Shown piece by piece: positions 49,276 to 60,883 of a DNA stretch of 64,000 bases. The DNA comes from Bacteroidia bacterium. Lineage in GTDB: Bacteria; Bacteroidota; Ignavibacteria; SZUA-365. Position 1 is the first letter of the stretch; each line of letters begins with the position of its first letter. The translations under genes and the position numbers were made by a program. The notes below the pieces were generated by a model. It saw only the letters and a list, made by a program, of their open reading frames with translations. It was not told the origin of the DNA and made no database searches. Where the stretch lies: positions 4,138,552 through 4,202,551 of the forward strand of contig JAOSJT010000001.1 of the NCBI GenBank assembly GCA_027493955.1. Direction: 5' to 3'.

Positions 49276-49878
49276 ATGAACACGCAGCGTCTCTACCTCA
49301 TCATCGGTCTCATTCTCGTCGCGGCTGTGGTGGTATTTATATTGGTCCCCGAAGATTCAGGCACGCCGGAGCAGCCCGCTGCCGAGCAAATGCCGCCCGG
49401 ACATCCGGATATCAACGGTATGGAGCAGGGTATGGGCGACGGTCAGCCCAGCGCATCCAATGTACGCGGCGATTTCATGACCGAGTACCGCCGTCTGAAG
49501 GAAAAGGTCGCCGCACAGCCCGCAAGCGATACCAGCGATGTGCTCTCCTTTGCACGCATGCTTCTCGACGCGCACCAAGCCGCGAACGCTCTGCCCTTGC
49601 TTGAGCGCTACCATAAAGCCGCTCCGAAAAACGTCATGGTCATGCTCGATCTCGCGTTGGCGTATTACGACACGCAGAGCATAGACAAAGCGGAATCCAT
49701 TACGAAAAAGGCGCTCTCCATCGAACCGAACAACACCACGGCCATGTACAACCTCGGCGCGATCTATGCCAAAACCGAGCGCAAAGCCGAGGCGAAAAGC
49801 ATGTGGCAAAAACTCATCGCGCAAAGTCCCGATTCGAAAGACGCGCAACGCGCCAAAGAACTCATGAAGGAGCTGTAA
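49276..49878 (+). CDS. membrane-anchored TPR-repeat protein
   Basis: N-terminal TM helix LYLIIGLILVAAVVVFILV, then TPR-like repeats (..LDLALAYYDTQSIDKAESITKKALSIEPNNTTAMYNLGAIYAKT..). Alternative upstream start at 49231. Confidence 0.6.
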   Translation: MNTQRLYLIIGLILVAAVVVFILVPEDSGTPEQPAAEQMPPGHPDINGMEQGMGDGQPSASNVRGDFMTEYRRLKEKVAAQPASDTSDVLSFARMLLDAHQAANALPLLERYHKAAPKNVMVMLDLALAYYDTQSIDKAESITKKALSIEPNNTTAMYNLGAIYAKTERKAEAKSMWQKLIAQSPDSKDAQRAKELMKEL

Positions 49879-49896
49879 GCTGCAGCATCTGATCGT

Positions 49897-50916
49897 ATGA
49901 CGTTCTGCGTATTCAGAACAGACCGCATCGGCGACGTGCTGCTCACGCTGCCCCTCGCGGCGGCACTCAAACGACACGATGCCTCGTCGCGTGTGCTGTT
50001 CTGTGCCCGGGCGTATACGGCCGATTTGCTCCGTCTCAGTTCCGATGTGGATGAGGTGATTGTCGTCTCTGACACCGACGTGTCTCTGTACGCGCCGGGT
50101 TTCGTCACCGAACTGCGGGACCGACGTATCGATGTGACGTTTTTTGCCTACCCACGACCCGGACTGGCGCTCGCGGCGCTACGCGCGGGCATACCCGTGC
50201 GCGTCGGCACCGCATACCGCTGGTTTTCACCCATGTTTACGCACAGACGCCGGGAACATCGTCGCACGGGCATGGCGCATGAAAGCGAGTACAACCTGGC
50301 GCTGCTGAACCCCCTCGGCTTCGAATACACCAAGCCTCCGCCTCCGCGCTTGCGGATCACGGACGCACTCTCTTCAACCGCGCGGGAGCTGCTCGCGGCA
50401 TCGGGTATTCGGGAAGACGAACGTTTCGTCGTGCTGCACCCCGGAAGCGGAGGCAGCGCAAAGGATTGGCCGCCGGAGTACTTCGGCGAATTGGCGGCAC
50501 ATCTGCTCCGGGATGTATACGGATTGCGTGTTCTCGTGACCGGCACGGAAGCCGAAGACGGGCTGAAGCGCAGCGTGCTCTCCATTGCCGGTGCGCGTGC
50601 CGCTGCCTTACCTGCCGATGTTTCTCTGCCCCTCCTCGCCGCCGTGTTCGAACGGGCTGCGCTGGTAGTAGCCAATTCCACCGGACCGCTGCATCTCGCT
50701 TCGGCGGTCGGACGCCCTGTCATCGGCCTGTATCCCTTCCTCCATCAATGCCACCCGAGGCGCTGGGGTCCGCTTGGCGAGGCGGACATTTTCACGCCCG
50801 CGCAGCAATCGGATTGCGAGGACTGTGCGAGGGAGAATTGCGACCGGCATGACGACATGCGGAGGATTTCCGTCGGCGACGTACGGGATGCCGCGATGAA
50901 ACGGCTTGTGCCATGA
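49897..50916 (+). CDS. glycosyltransferase family 9 (LPS heptosyltransferase-like)
   Basis: ..RTDRIGDVLLTLP.. and ..VLHPGSGGSAKDWP.. GT9 motifs. Confidence 0.75.
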   Translation: MTFCVFRTDRIGDVLLTLPLAAALKRHDASSRVLFCARAYTADLLRLSSDVDEVIVVSDTDVSLYAPGFVTELRDRRIDVTFFAYPRPGLALAALRAGIPVRVGTAYRWFSPMFTHRRREHRRTGMAHESEYNLALLNPLGFEYTKPPPPRLRITDALSSTARELLAASGIREDERFVVLHPGSGGSAKDWPPEYFGELAAHLLRDVYGLRVLVTGTEAEDGLKRSVLSIAGARAAALPADVSLPLLAAVFERAALVVANSTGPLHLASAVGRPVIGLYPFLHQCHPRRWGPLGEADIFTPAQQSDCEDCARENCDRHDDMRRISVGDVRDAAMKRLVP

Positions 50917-51053
50917 ATCATCCCTTCGGCAATGCGGTCACGCGCAACTTCCTTGCTTCTCTCGCGAATACTGACGAGTATACATGTTCGATCAATCGAA
51001 AGGAACCCGCGTCAATGGAAGGGCATATAACGGGAACCATCTGGAGAAGCACA

Positions 51054-51881
51054 ATGAAACGCATCCTCGCATATAGTATCGCCGCAGTCCTCTACTCGAC
51101 ACTCGCTTTCCCTTCGCTGCTGGCGCAGAAAACAGCCGATGTGACGCGGGACGGAGCGAAGCCGCCGGTATACCGCACGGTGGAGAACAATGCGTTCGAT
51201 GTGGGCGAAGAGTTGACATTCGACGTCAATTACGGGTTCGTCACCGCCGGAGAGGCGAGAATGTCCATACCGTCGTACTCCTGGCAGAAGGGACGCAAAT
51301 GCTACAATCTGCAGTTCCTGGTGAAGTCCACCTCGTTTTTCGATTCGTTTTACCGTGTGCGCGACCGCTACGAGTCGCATCTCGATGTGGAGGGACTCTT
51401 CCCCTGGCGCTTCATTCAGCAAATTCGCGAAGGCAAGTACAAGCGGGATTTCAGTGCGCGCTTCGATCATGATGCGAAGAAGGCGTATACCACGGAAGGC
51501 GTGTACCCTCTGCCGCCTTTCACCCAGGATGTGCTCTCCGCCTTTTACTACATGCGCACATATGACTACAGCAAGCTGAAACCCGGACAGAAAGTGACGC
51601 TGCAGAATTTCTATAAGGACAGCACCTACACACTCACCGTGGTGTACCACAAGCGTGAGACCATAGAGGTCAAGGCCGGGACATTCAGAACCATCGTGCT
51701 GGAACCCATCATGGAGGAAGGCGGCTTGTTCAAGGCCTCGGGCCGCATCCTCGTCTGGGTAACCGACGACGAGCGCAAAATCCCCATTCAGGTGGATGCC
51801 GAAATACCCATCGGATCCATCACCTCCGAACTCACCGAAATGAAGGGAATCAAAGGACCGGTGCGGGCGCGGGTAAAATAA
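51054..51881 (+). CDS. DUF3108 domain protein (secreted)
   Basis: Signal peptide MKRILAYSIAAVLYSTLAFPSLLAQ; ..FDVNYGFVTAGEARM.. block typical of DUF3108. Confidence 0.55.
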   Translation: MKRILAYSIAAVLYSTLAFPSLLAQKTADVTRDGAKPPVYRTVENNAFDVGEELTFDVNYGFVTAGEARMSIPSYSWQKGRKCYNLQFLVKSTSFFDSFYRVRDRYESHLDVEGLFPWRFIQQIREGKYKRDFSARFDHDAKKAYTTEGVYPLPPFTQDVLSAFYYMRTYDYSKLKPGQKVTLQNFYKDSTYTLTVVYHKRETIEVKAGTFRTIVLEPIMEEGGLFKASGRILVWVTDDERKIPIQVDAEIPIGSITSELTEMKGIKGPVRARVK

Positions 51882-51911
51882 CGTACGATGTACGAATGAC
51901 GAATTGCGATT

Positions 51912-51947
51912 TCCCGTGGTGACGTTGCATGCAACGTGTCTACGGGA
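51912..51947 (+). terminator. long hairpin containing a perfect 16-bp palindrome ACGTTGCATGCAACGT, 30 nt after the DUF3108 gene stop
   Basis: tcccgt-ggtg-acgttgcatgcaacgt-gtct-acggga. Followed by an A-rich stretch and a CTTTTCAC-type repeat block (51995-52075). Confidence 0.3.
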
Positions 51948-52160
51948 AATCGTGTAAAGGAAAAAGGGTAAAAAGCTTGGGATCGAAAGAAATCAGTCCC
52001 TCTTACCTTTTTTCCTTTTCACCCTTTTCCCTTTTCACGATCCACCCCTTTTCACCTTTTCACGATCCCCACCCCTCACACAAGTGCACCGCGCCACAGA
52101 TTTTCGTACCTTACGGCTGATGATGGTCAACGCACGCATCACGTACCGGTCGAGAGCAGC

Positions 52161-53120
52161 ATGTTTCCCCAACTGGATTTTTCGGATATTCGCACGCAGT
52201 CCGTCGCGGAGCGCCGCAGCAAGGTGACGCTCGGGGATTGCGCATCGCCGTTCGACGGAAAAAGCTCGTTCGGAGCTTTTCTCGATACGCTCCCGAATAT
52301 TCTTAAAGCCGCGGAGCTGAAGGATTTCGCCGCAGGCATCGTCAACGCGCACCGGAACGGAGGACAGTGCCTCCTTCTCATGGGGGCGCACGTGATCAAG
52401 ACCGGTCTGGCGCCGATTGTGATTGATTTGATGGAGCGGGGTGTGCTCACACATGTGGCGATGAACAGCGCCTGCGCCATACACGACGCGGAGTCGGCGC
52501 TCTTCGGTGTCACCTCCGAAGATGTGGCGGCCAATCTACAGGATGGGAGTTTCGGCATGTGGCGTGAGACCGGCGACTTCATCAACAACACATTGAAGAC
52601 GGCGTACCTTTCGCAGCCCTGCGGCTTTGCCGAGGCGCTGGGACGAGGGCTCATCGATCAAAACGCTCCGCATCTGCATTACTCCATCATGGCAGCCGGA
52701 GTGCGCAGCGGCGTGCCGGTCAGCGTGCATGCGGCCATCGGAACTGACATCGTGCATCAACAAGCGAGCATGGACGGAGCCGTAACGGGCGAAATGAGTT
52801 TCCGCGATTTCCGCGTGTTGGCGCATTCGGTTTCGCGGCTCGATGAGCACAGCGTGGTGATGAATGTCGGCTCCGCGGTGATCCTACCCGAAGTCTTCCT
52901 GAAGGCGCTCACCGTTGCGCGTAACCTGGGTAATCCGGCACGGGGCTTTCTCGCGGCCAACTTCGACATGATTCAGCATTATCGTCCCAATCAGAATGTC
53001 GTAACCCGCCCGACGATGGGTGCCGGTCGGGGGTATACCTTTACCGGCCACCACGAAATCATGCTGCCTCTGCTTGCGGCAATGGTGCGGCTGGGATTGG
53101 AGGGCAGGGACGATGCGTGA
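52161..53120 (+). CDS. deoxyhypusine-synthase-like (DS family) protein, tentative
   Basis: 319 aa. Central region ..GGQCLLLMGAHVIKTGLAPIVIDLMERGVLTHVAMNSACAIHDAE.. and C-terminal ..VMNVGSAVILPEVFLKAL.. resemble the DHS Rossmann-like blocks. Assignment from memory only. Confidence 0.3.
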   Translation: MFPQLDFSDIRTQSVAERRSKVTLGDCASPFDGKSSFGAFLDTLPNILKAAELKDFAAGIVNAHRNGGQCLLLMGAHVIKTGLAPIVIDLMERGVLTHVAMNSACAIHDAESALFGVTSEDVAANLQDGSFGMWRETGDFINNTLKTAYLSQPCGFAEALGRGLIDQNAPHLHYSIMAAGVRSGVPVSVHAAIGTDIVHQQASMDGAVTGEMSFRDFRVLAHSVSRLDEHSVVMNVGSAVILPEVFLKALTVARNLGNPARGFLAANFDMIQHYRPNQNVVTRPTMGAGRGYTFTGHHEIMLPLLAAMVRLGLEGRDDA

Positions 53121-54123
53121 CATCAACGAACATAGTTCCCCCGAATCCGACCCGCCATTGACCGAATCCCCGGAAACGTCGGGGCATGTTGGAGAGACGA
53201 TGCATGCATCATCTCCACAACATGCATCGTCTGTACAAATCCCAAATTGGACGATACATCCCGTCGGTTTCGGAATCGCGGTGCTGGCCATTGCGTTTGT
53301 GGCGTATCAATTGATCGGCGGACTGATCACCTATTTTCTTTTCGGTGTGGACGTTGCCGGGAATGTCCAATCCATGCGCGTGGTAACGGTGGTCTCGCAG
53401 GTATTATTTCTCGTAGGTCCCGCAGTGGCGCTGCTGTATCTTCAGCCGTGGAACGCGGTGGAGGTGTTTCGATTGCGCGCGCCAGCCCTGGCACCGTTGC
53501 TGCCTGTCGCCGTTGCGATTATCGGGGCGCAGTTTTTCGGGCAGGTGTATCTCGACGTGCAGCAGCACGTCCTGCGCAGCTATCTGCTGCCAGACGGACT
53601 GTTACCGCTGCTCGACAGCTTCGAGGAGATGTTAAGCGAGTTGTACGAGTCGCTGCTTATCATGCGCTCGCCGGCGGAGGCGCTGTTTGTACTCTTCGTC
53701 GTCGGATTCACACCGGCTGTGTGCGAGGAGGCGTTGTTCCGCGGTACGGTGCAGTATTCCTTCGAGCGCGTGTTGCGCATGCGCTGGGTGCTGCTGCTCA
53801 CCGGTTCGATTTTCGCGATGTTTCATCTCAATCCCCTTACATTCGTCCCTTTGACGTTGCTCGGCGCGTGGCTGGGTTTCGTGGTCTGGCGGGGCGGTTC
53901 GATATGGTATGCCGTGATCGGACACGCAATGAACAATAGTCTCGCCGTCTTCTCACTGTATATGCTCGAATCGGATTCTTTTGTCCCGAAGCTTGATCCC
54001 GGCGCCATGCCCGATACCGCAACACTGCTGATCGGCGCGGCGGGTCTGGCGGCATTTCTCTTATCCGTGCTGTGGTTCTGGCGGCTGACCGCCAATCCGC
54101 GGCATGATATCCCTTCATCTTAA
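53113..54123 (+). CDS. CPBP-family intramembrane metalloprotease (CAAX protease-like)
   Basis: Conserved motifs EEALFRG, FAMFH and HAMNN; multi-TM. Start ATG 53113 overlaps the upstream stop. Confidence 0.75.
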   Translation: MRDINEHSSPESDPPLTESPETSGHVGETMHASSPQHASSVQIPNWTIHPVGFGIAVLAIAFVAYQLIGGLITYFLFGVDVAGNVQSMRVVTVVSQVLFLVGPAVALLYLQPWNAVEVFRLRAPALAPLLPVAVAIIGAQFFGQVYLDVQQHVLRSYLLPDGLLPLLDSFEEMLSELYESLLIMRSPAEALFVLFVVGFTPAVCEEALFRGTVQYSFERVLRMRWVLLLTGSIFAMFHLNPLTFVPLTLLGAWLGFVVWRGGSIWYAVIGHAMNNSLAVFSLYMLESDSFVPKLDPGAMPDTATLLIGAAGLAAFLLSVLWFWRLTANPRHDIPSS

Positions 54124-54139
54124 CCTGCAGGAGGACCTT

Positions 54140-54727
54140 ATGTCATACTGTCCGCAATGCCACACGGAATATCAGTCCGGCGTCACCGATTGCGCGGATT
54201 GCAACGTACCACTGGTGGAGGGCACGCCGCGCTTCTGCCCGAACTGCGAAGAATTTGTCACCGAAGCGGACACATTCTGCAATAACTGCGGGATATTACA
54301 GGAAATCATTCCTGCCGAGGATGTTCCGGAATGTGAAAACCACCCTGACGAACCCGCCGTCGGCGGCTGCGTGATCTGCGGCAAGCCGGTATGCGCCGAC
54401 TGTGCGACGGAACAGAACGGCCGCATTTTCTGCGAGCAGGATGAGCACCTCAACGTGCATTCCGGTTTCGTCGTGGCCTACACCACAGCCACCGATTACG
54501 AAGCGGAGATGATCAAGGCGAACCTGGAAGGCGCCGGCATACACGCACTTGTGTTCAATCAGCACGACCATGTGTATTTCACGACCATGGGCATGCTCGC
54601 GCTGGTCAACGTCATGGTGCCGCCGTCGCAGCTCGAGGCCGCTCTGGAAATCATCGGCGCGCTCATGAGCGAACAGCAGGACGAGAACGAGGCGGGCGAC
54701 GAAGAAGAAGGCGGAGCGACCGCGTGA
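54140..54727 (+). CDS. zinc-ribbon protein with C-terminal DUF2007-like domain
   Basis: Repeated CPxC pairs (CPQCHTEY..CADC; CPNCEEF..CNNC; CVICGKPVCADC), then ..FVVAYTTATDYEAEMIKANLEGAGIHAL... AGGAGG SD 6 nt upstream of ATG 54140. Confidence 0.55.
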   Translation: MSYCPQCHTEYQSGVTDCADCNVPLVEGTPRFCPNCEEFVTEADTFCNNCGILQEIIPAEDVPECENHPDEPAVGGCVICGKPVCADCATEQNGRIFCEQDEHLNVHSGFVVAYTTATDYEAEMIKANLEGAGIHALVFNQHDHVYFTTMGMLALVNVMVPPSQLEAALEIIGALMSEQQDENEAGDEEEGGATA

Positions 54728-55653
54728 GCAATACCGGGACGCGCGTTCTCGTCGCGCTGATCGCGATACCGGGTATTCTCGTTCTGGCATGGTTTGGCGG
54801 CTATGCCTGGTTGCTGTTTATCGCCGCTGTGCAAATCGCAGCTCTCATCGAATTCTCCGCACTCGTGCGCGCCAAGGGCGCGGAAGCGCAAACGGGCGTC
54901 ATGATCGCGACATCGCTGCTGCTGCTCCTGGTGTTTCTGCACGAACGGCTCGAACATGATATTGCAGCCATCACCGGAGGGACCACCTGGCCCCTGCAGT
55001 GGCAGTCGCTGCTGTGGATACTGCTGCTGTTCATGCTGCTCGTTCTGCTTGTGGAATTGTTCCGCAACCGACCATCGCCGTTGCTCAATATCGGAGCAAC
55101 GGTGGCAGGTGTGCTGTATGTCGGACTCTTTCTGGCCTGCACGCTCGGCATTCGGGAAATTTTCAGCGTCATCGAATTTCCCGTCGGACGCGTGTTCGGC
55201 ACCGCGGAGTTGTCCGCAGCGCAAGCGGATCAACTGTGGAACTGGGGCGGATGGACTGTGATAGCACTGCTGGGCTCAATATGGATGTGCGACACTGCCG
55301 CGTATTTCGGCGGTCGGTCCATGGGCCGACATAAACTCTTTCCCCGGGTCAGTCCCAACAAGACCTGGGAAGGAGCGCTATGGGGCTTCGCGGCGGCTGT
55401 CGGCAGCATGCTCCTGGCCCGTGCGCTGGTGCTCGATTACCTGAGCATCGCCGATGCTATTACCCTCGGCTGCATAATCGGGGTGCTCGGACAGCTTGGT
55501 GATCTCGCTGAATCGCTTCTCAAACGCGACGCCGGTGTGAAGGATTCCTCGGCGCTTTTACCCGGCCATGGCGGAGTGTTCGACCGTTTTGACAGCTTGA
55601 TATTTGTTTCGCCCGCTGTCTTTCTCTACCTTGATTTCGTTGTGTTCGCATAA
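54724..55653 (+). CDS. cdsA: phosphatidate cytidylyltransferase
   Basis: CDS signature ..SPNKTWEG...GHGGVFDRFDS..; ~8 TM helices. GTG start at 54724 (internal ATG alternatives exist). Confidence 0.8.
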   Translation: MSNTGTRVLVALIAIPGILVLAWFGGYAWLLFIAAVQIAALIEFSALVRAKGAEAQTGVMIATSLLLLLVFLHERLEHDIAAITGGTTWPLQWQSLLWILLLFMLLVLLVELFRNRPSPLLNIGATVAGVLYVGLFLACTLGIREIFSVIEFPVGRVFGTAELSAAQADQLWNWGGWTVIALLGSIWMCDTAAYFGGRSMGRHKLFPRVSPNKTWEGALWGFAAAVGSMLLARALVLDYLSIADAITLGCIIGVLGQLGDLAESLLKRDAGVKDSSALLPGHGGVFDRFDSLIFVSPAVFLYLDFVVFA

Positions 55654-57360
<1,707 letters not shown>

Positions 57361-57399
57361 ACCGATTATGAATCACCGGTAGAATCGGAGGAGTGATCC

Positions 57400-58371
57400 A
57401 TGCGATTTCTTGCTGCTCTTTTCCTCGCCTGCTGTGCGGTGACGACCGTACACGCGCAGGTGGACACGCTGCAATACGACGGCATCACCAACATCTATGA
57501 CGGGAAGCTTCTGGCCGTCACGCGCTTCCCCGGCGAACTGGACGTGTTCTTCAATACACGTTTCTCCCCCGCTGAAAAATGTACCCTCACCACGGTACTC
57601 GTCGGTTTCAGCGTCGTGAAGTTTCAGGCGCTCACGGGCGAAGATACGCTGGTGGTCAAGGTATTCGAGAACAGCGCGGTTCCGCCGAACCTGGTCAACG
57701 TGGTGAAAACGTACAAGGTCAATCTCGGCGATGCCGGCTTCCCGAGCCCGAACATCCGCTTCAACAATCCGCTCGAAGCGGGAGCGAGGGATGTTCTCGC
57801 CGTCAACCTCAATCCACCCGTCATTTTCTCTCCCCGGCGCGATTTCATCGTTGGGGTGAAGTTGGAGGCGAAACAGAAACTTGCGGTGGGCGACGGTCTG
57901 TGGAATGGCCTCACGATGCTGTTCAATCCCGGCGTCACGGAATTTGATCGCTACCGTCGGTATTTCATCGCACCAAACCCCGCTGCGTCACGGAATACTC
58001 TCGCCACCGAAGCAGCCAATATCGGGCTGTTCATGCGCGCCGTCGTGTCGTACAATCCCAATCTCCCCAACGTCGATCTGACGGACGCCACCGGGGCACC
58101 GCAGCCCGCCGCGTTCGCGCTGCGGCAGAATTATCCGAATCCCTTCAATCCATCCACCGTGCTGGAGTACACACTCTCCTCGCGGCAACACGCGACACTG
58201 ACGGTACATGACGCGCTGGGACGCACGGTGTCCGTGCTCGCAGACGGCATGATGGATGCGGGGACGCACAGCACGCGCTTCGACGCCGACGGTTTGCCTG
58301 CCGGCGTCTATGTGGCGCGTCTCACAGTGAACGGTCAAATGCTCACGAGGTCCATGCTGCTCCTGAAATGA
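57400..58371 (+). CDS. secreted protein with T9SS C-terminal sorting domain (hypothetical)
   Basis: Signal peptide MRFLAALFLACCAVTTVHAQ. C-terminus ..LRQNYPNPFNPSTVLEYTLSSRQHATLTVHDALGRTVSVLADGMMDAGTHSTRFDADGLPAGVYVARLTVNGQ is a textbook T9SS CTD. GGAGGA SD upstream. Confidence 0.75.
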   Translation: MRFLAALFLACCAVTTVHAQVDTLQYDGITNIYDGKLLAVTRFPGELDVFFNTRFSPAEKCTLTTVLVGFSVVKFQALTGEDTLVVKVFENSAVPPNLVNVVKTYKVNLGDAGFPSPNIRFNNPLEAGARDVLAVNLNPPVIFSPRRDFIVGVKLEAKQKLAVGDGLWNGLTMLFNPGVTEFDRYRRYFIAPNPAASRNTLATEAANIGLFMRAVVSYNPNLPNVDLTDATGAPQPAAFALRQNYPNPFNPSTVLEYTLSSRQHATLTVHDALGRTVSVLADGMMDAGTHSTRFDADGLPAGVYVARLTVNGQMLTRSMLLLK

Positions 58372-60269
58372 GACTTTCGGAATCGCAGATCCAGCAGGTT
58401 CGCACAGCCGCCGACATCGTGGACGTTGTCGGCGGCTTCGTGCGTTTACGCAAAACAGGCCGCAATTTCACAGGGCTGTGTCCGTTTCACAAGGAGAAGA
58501 CGCCGTCCTTCAACGTCAATCCCGAGCGACAGATCTACAAATGCTTCGGTTGCGGCAAGGGGGGAGACGTGATCAGCTTCATCATGGATATGGAGCATGT
58601 GTCCTTCATGGACGCGGTGGAAGAACTGGCCGAGCGGTACGGAATAGCGCTGCAACACGATGATGGCATCCGTCCCGAGCGCAAGGAAGATATGGAGGCG
58701 CTGTACGCCGCCACGAGGCTCGCCGCGCGCTTTTTCTTCGACAGTCTCAGAGGGGCCTCCGGCGAGGCGGGACGGGAGTACTTCCGGCGTCGCGGATGGT
58801 CGGAAGAAACCATGAAAACCTTCGGCCTCGGTTACGCGCCGGCGGGCTGGAGCAATTTTCTCGACCACGCCCGCGCCGAAGGAATCGACGAGCACATTCT
58901 CGACCTCGCGGGCCTGATCAAGCTGCGCGAGGGCGGCGGGGCCTATGATCGTTTCAGGAATCGCGTCATTTTTCCCATCATTCACGTCACGCGCAAGGTG
59001 CTGGGTTTCGGCGCCAGGGCGCTGTCGCCCGAAGACGAGCCGAAATATCTGAACTCGCCCGAGTCCGCGATTTACAACAAGAGCAAGGTTCTGTACGGAC
59101 TTGCGCAGGCCTCCAACGCCATACGCGAGGCCGAGTCCATTATTGTGGTCGAGGGGTATGCCGACGTGCTGTCGCTGCATCAGGCCGGGATACGCAACGT
59201 GGTATCCACCAGCGGCACGGCCATGACGCCTGATCAGGTGCACGCCATCAGCCGCTACACGCGCAATATTTTCTTTCTCTACGACGCCGACTCCGCCGGG
59301 CTCCGCGCCATGCTGCGCGGCATAGACGTGATACTCGCCGAGGATTGCGACGCGCGCATCGTACAGCTTGCCGCGGGCGAGGATCCGGATTCCTTTGTCA
59401 TGAAATACGGCGTCGAAGCCGTGCGCGAACGCATGGAGCAGGCGGTGTCCTTCGTGGACTTCGTTACCGCGCAACTGCGGGCCGACGGCAAGCTCGACTC
59501 GCCCGAGGGACGCGCACAGGCCGTGCATCAAATCGTGGGCATGCTTTCGAAAATGGACGACGCGCTGCGCAGAGAGTTCTACATTCACCACATCGCGCAG
59601 ACCTACGGCATTTACGAGAATCTGCTGTACCAGGAACTGGCGAAGGTGATGAAGGGGGCGAAGCGCCGCGAGCGCGCCGCCGTCATCGAAGAACACGCAC
59701 CCCCTCCCGCCGACGCTGCCTCCGAAAGCGTGCCGAAGGAGGAGTTCGCGTTCTGCTCGCATCTCTTGCAGGCGCCGCCGGAAATTCAGGCCGAGGCCCT
59801 GCACTCTGTGCGTATCGGGCATTTTCGCAGCGCGCGCATCCGCGACCTGCTGCACATTCTGTTCGAGCAGGAAGAGCACGACGGCGCGGTGGACAGCAAC
59901 GCGCTGTGGAATTACGTGCAGGACGATGCCGGTATGCACACCCTGCTCGCCGACCTGCTGATGCCGAGGGATGAAGTCAGTAGCGGCTGGAGCAGAAGGC
60001 AGAATGTCAATCCCAAGGACCATCGCCGGGTATTGCGCGATTACTACAAAGAGGTGCTGGAGGCGCGCGTCGGGGAACAACTCTCGCGCCTGCAGGAGAG
60101 GCAAAAACAGGCATCGGGTCCAGACGAGGAGAACGAGCTTGCGCGACGTATCATCGCGTTGCAGAAGGCCGTATCGAGCCTGAACGGAGTCTCGCTGATA
60201 GCGAATTTTCCCGATATCGAAGGGGAGGATGAAATGAGCGATGGTACGGAGACGAGTTTCGGGTTTTGA
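58368..60269 (+). CDS. dnaG: DNA primase
   Basis: Zinc-binding CPFHKEKTPSF...CFGCGKGGDV and TOPRIM block IIVVEGYADVLSL. ATGA overlap with the upstream stop. Confidence 0.9.
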   Translation: MRLSESQIQQVRTAADIVDVVGGFVRLRKTGRNFTGLCPFHKEKTPSFNVNPERQIYKCFGCGKGGDVISFIMDMEHVSFMDAVEELAERYGIALQHDDGIRPERKEDMEALYAATRLAARFFFDSLRGASGEAGREYFRRRGWSEETMKTFGLGYAPAGWSNFLDHARAEGIDEHILDLAGLIKLREGGGAYDRFRNRVIFPIIHVTRKVLGFGARALSPEDEPKYLNSPESAIYNKSKVLYGLAQASNAIREAESIIVVEGYADVLSLHQAGIRNVVSTSGTAMTPDQVHAISRYTRNIFFLYDADSAGLRAMLRGIDVILAEDCDARIVQLAAGEDPDSFVMKYGVEAVRERMEQAVSFVDFVTAQLRADGKLDSPEGRAQAVHQIVGMLSKMDDALRREFYIHHIAQTYGIYENLLYQELAKVMKGAKRRERAAVIEEHAPPPADAASESVPKEEFAFCSHLLQAPPEIQAEALHSVRIGHFRSARIRDLLHILFEQEEHDGAVDSNALWNYVQDDAGMHTLLADLLMPRDEVSSGWSRRQNVNPKDHRRVLRDYYKEVLEARVGEQLSRLQERQKQASGPDEENELARRIIALQKAVSSLNGVSLIANFPDIEGEDEMSDGTETSFGF

Positions 60270-60271
60270 TA

Positions 60272-60512
60272 AGACGCAGGGGAGATTTTAACGCAGCCCT
60301 TCGACTTCGCTCAGGGGCCGGCGCAGGGACGCAGAGGAGGGGAATGTAACGCAGCCCTTCGACTTCGCTCAAGGGCCGGCACAGGGACGCAGAGGAGGGG
60401 AATGTAACGCAGCCCTTCGACTTCGCTCAGGGGCCGGCGAAGGGACGCAGAGGAGGGGAATGTAACGCAGCCCTTCGACTTCGCTAAGGGGCCGGCGAAG
60501 AGACGCAGAGGA
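60272..60512. repeat. 58-bp tandem repeat x4 immediately 3' of dnaG
   Basis: Unit taacgcagcccttcgacttcgctcaggggccggcgcagggacgcagaggaggggaatg starts at 60289, 60347, 60405 and 60463 with a few substitutions per copy. No spacers. Confidence 0.85.
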
Positions 60513-60883
60513 ATTTTTTAGGACTTCGAGCTGCCCCATCTCCATTTCACTCTGTGCCCTCCGCGCCCTCAGCGATCTCTGCGATAGAAGGGGCCCCGTA
60601 CAATCTGACCCCCGCTGAGATAACGCATGTCCTCGTTGAGGCTCATCGCCGGGGGCATCGAGGTTAAGCCATCTTAATTAGGATGTCACAGGTATGAAAA
60701 GCGGTTTACGCTTGATTATAAGAGAATTAACCCGTACTATGGCCTGAGAAATCTGAAGCCTGTCTCGATTTATCAGCAGCAACAGTACGGCAACCGCGTG
60801 GGAAGCGCGGAGTACCGTAGCGGATACCAGCGTGAGTTCGGAGAAGTGATGATAGAGGACCCGGACGTTGTAAGGAGTTTCGG

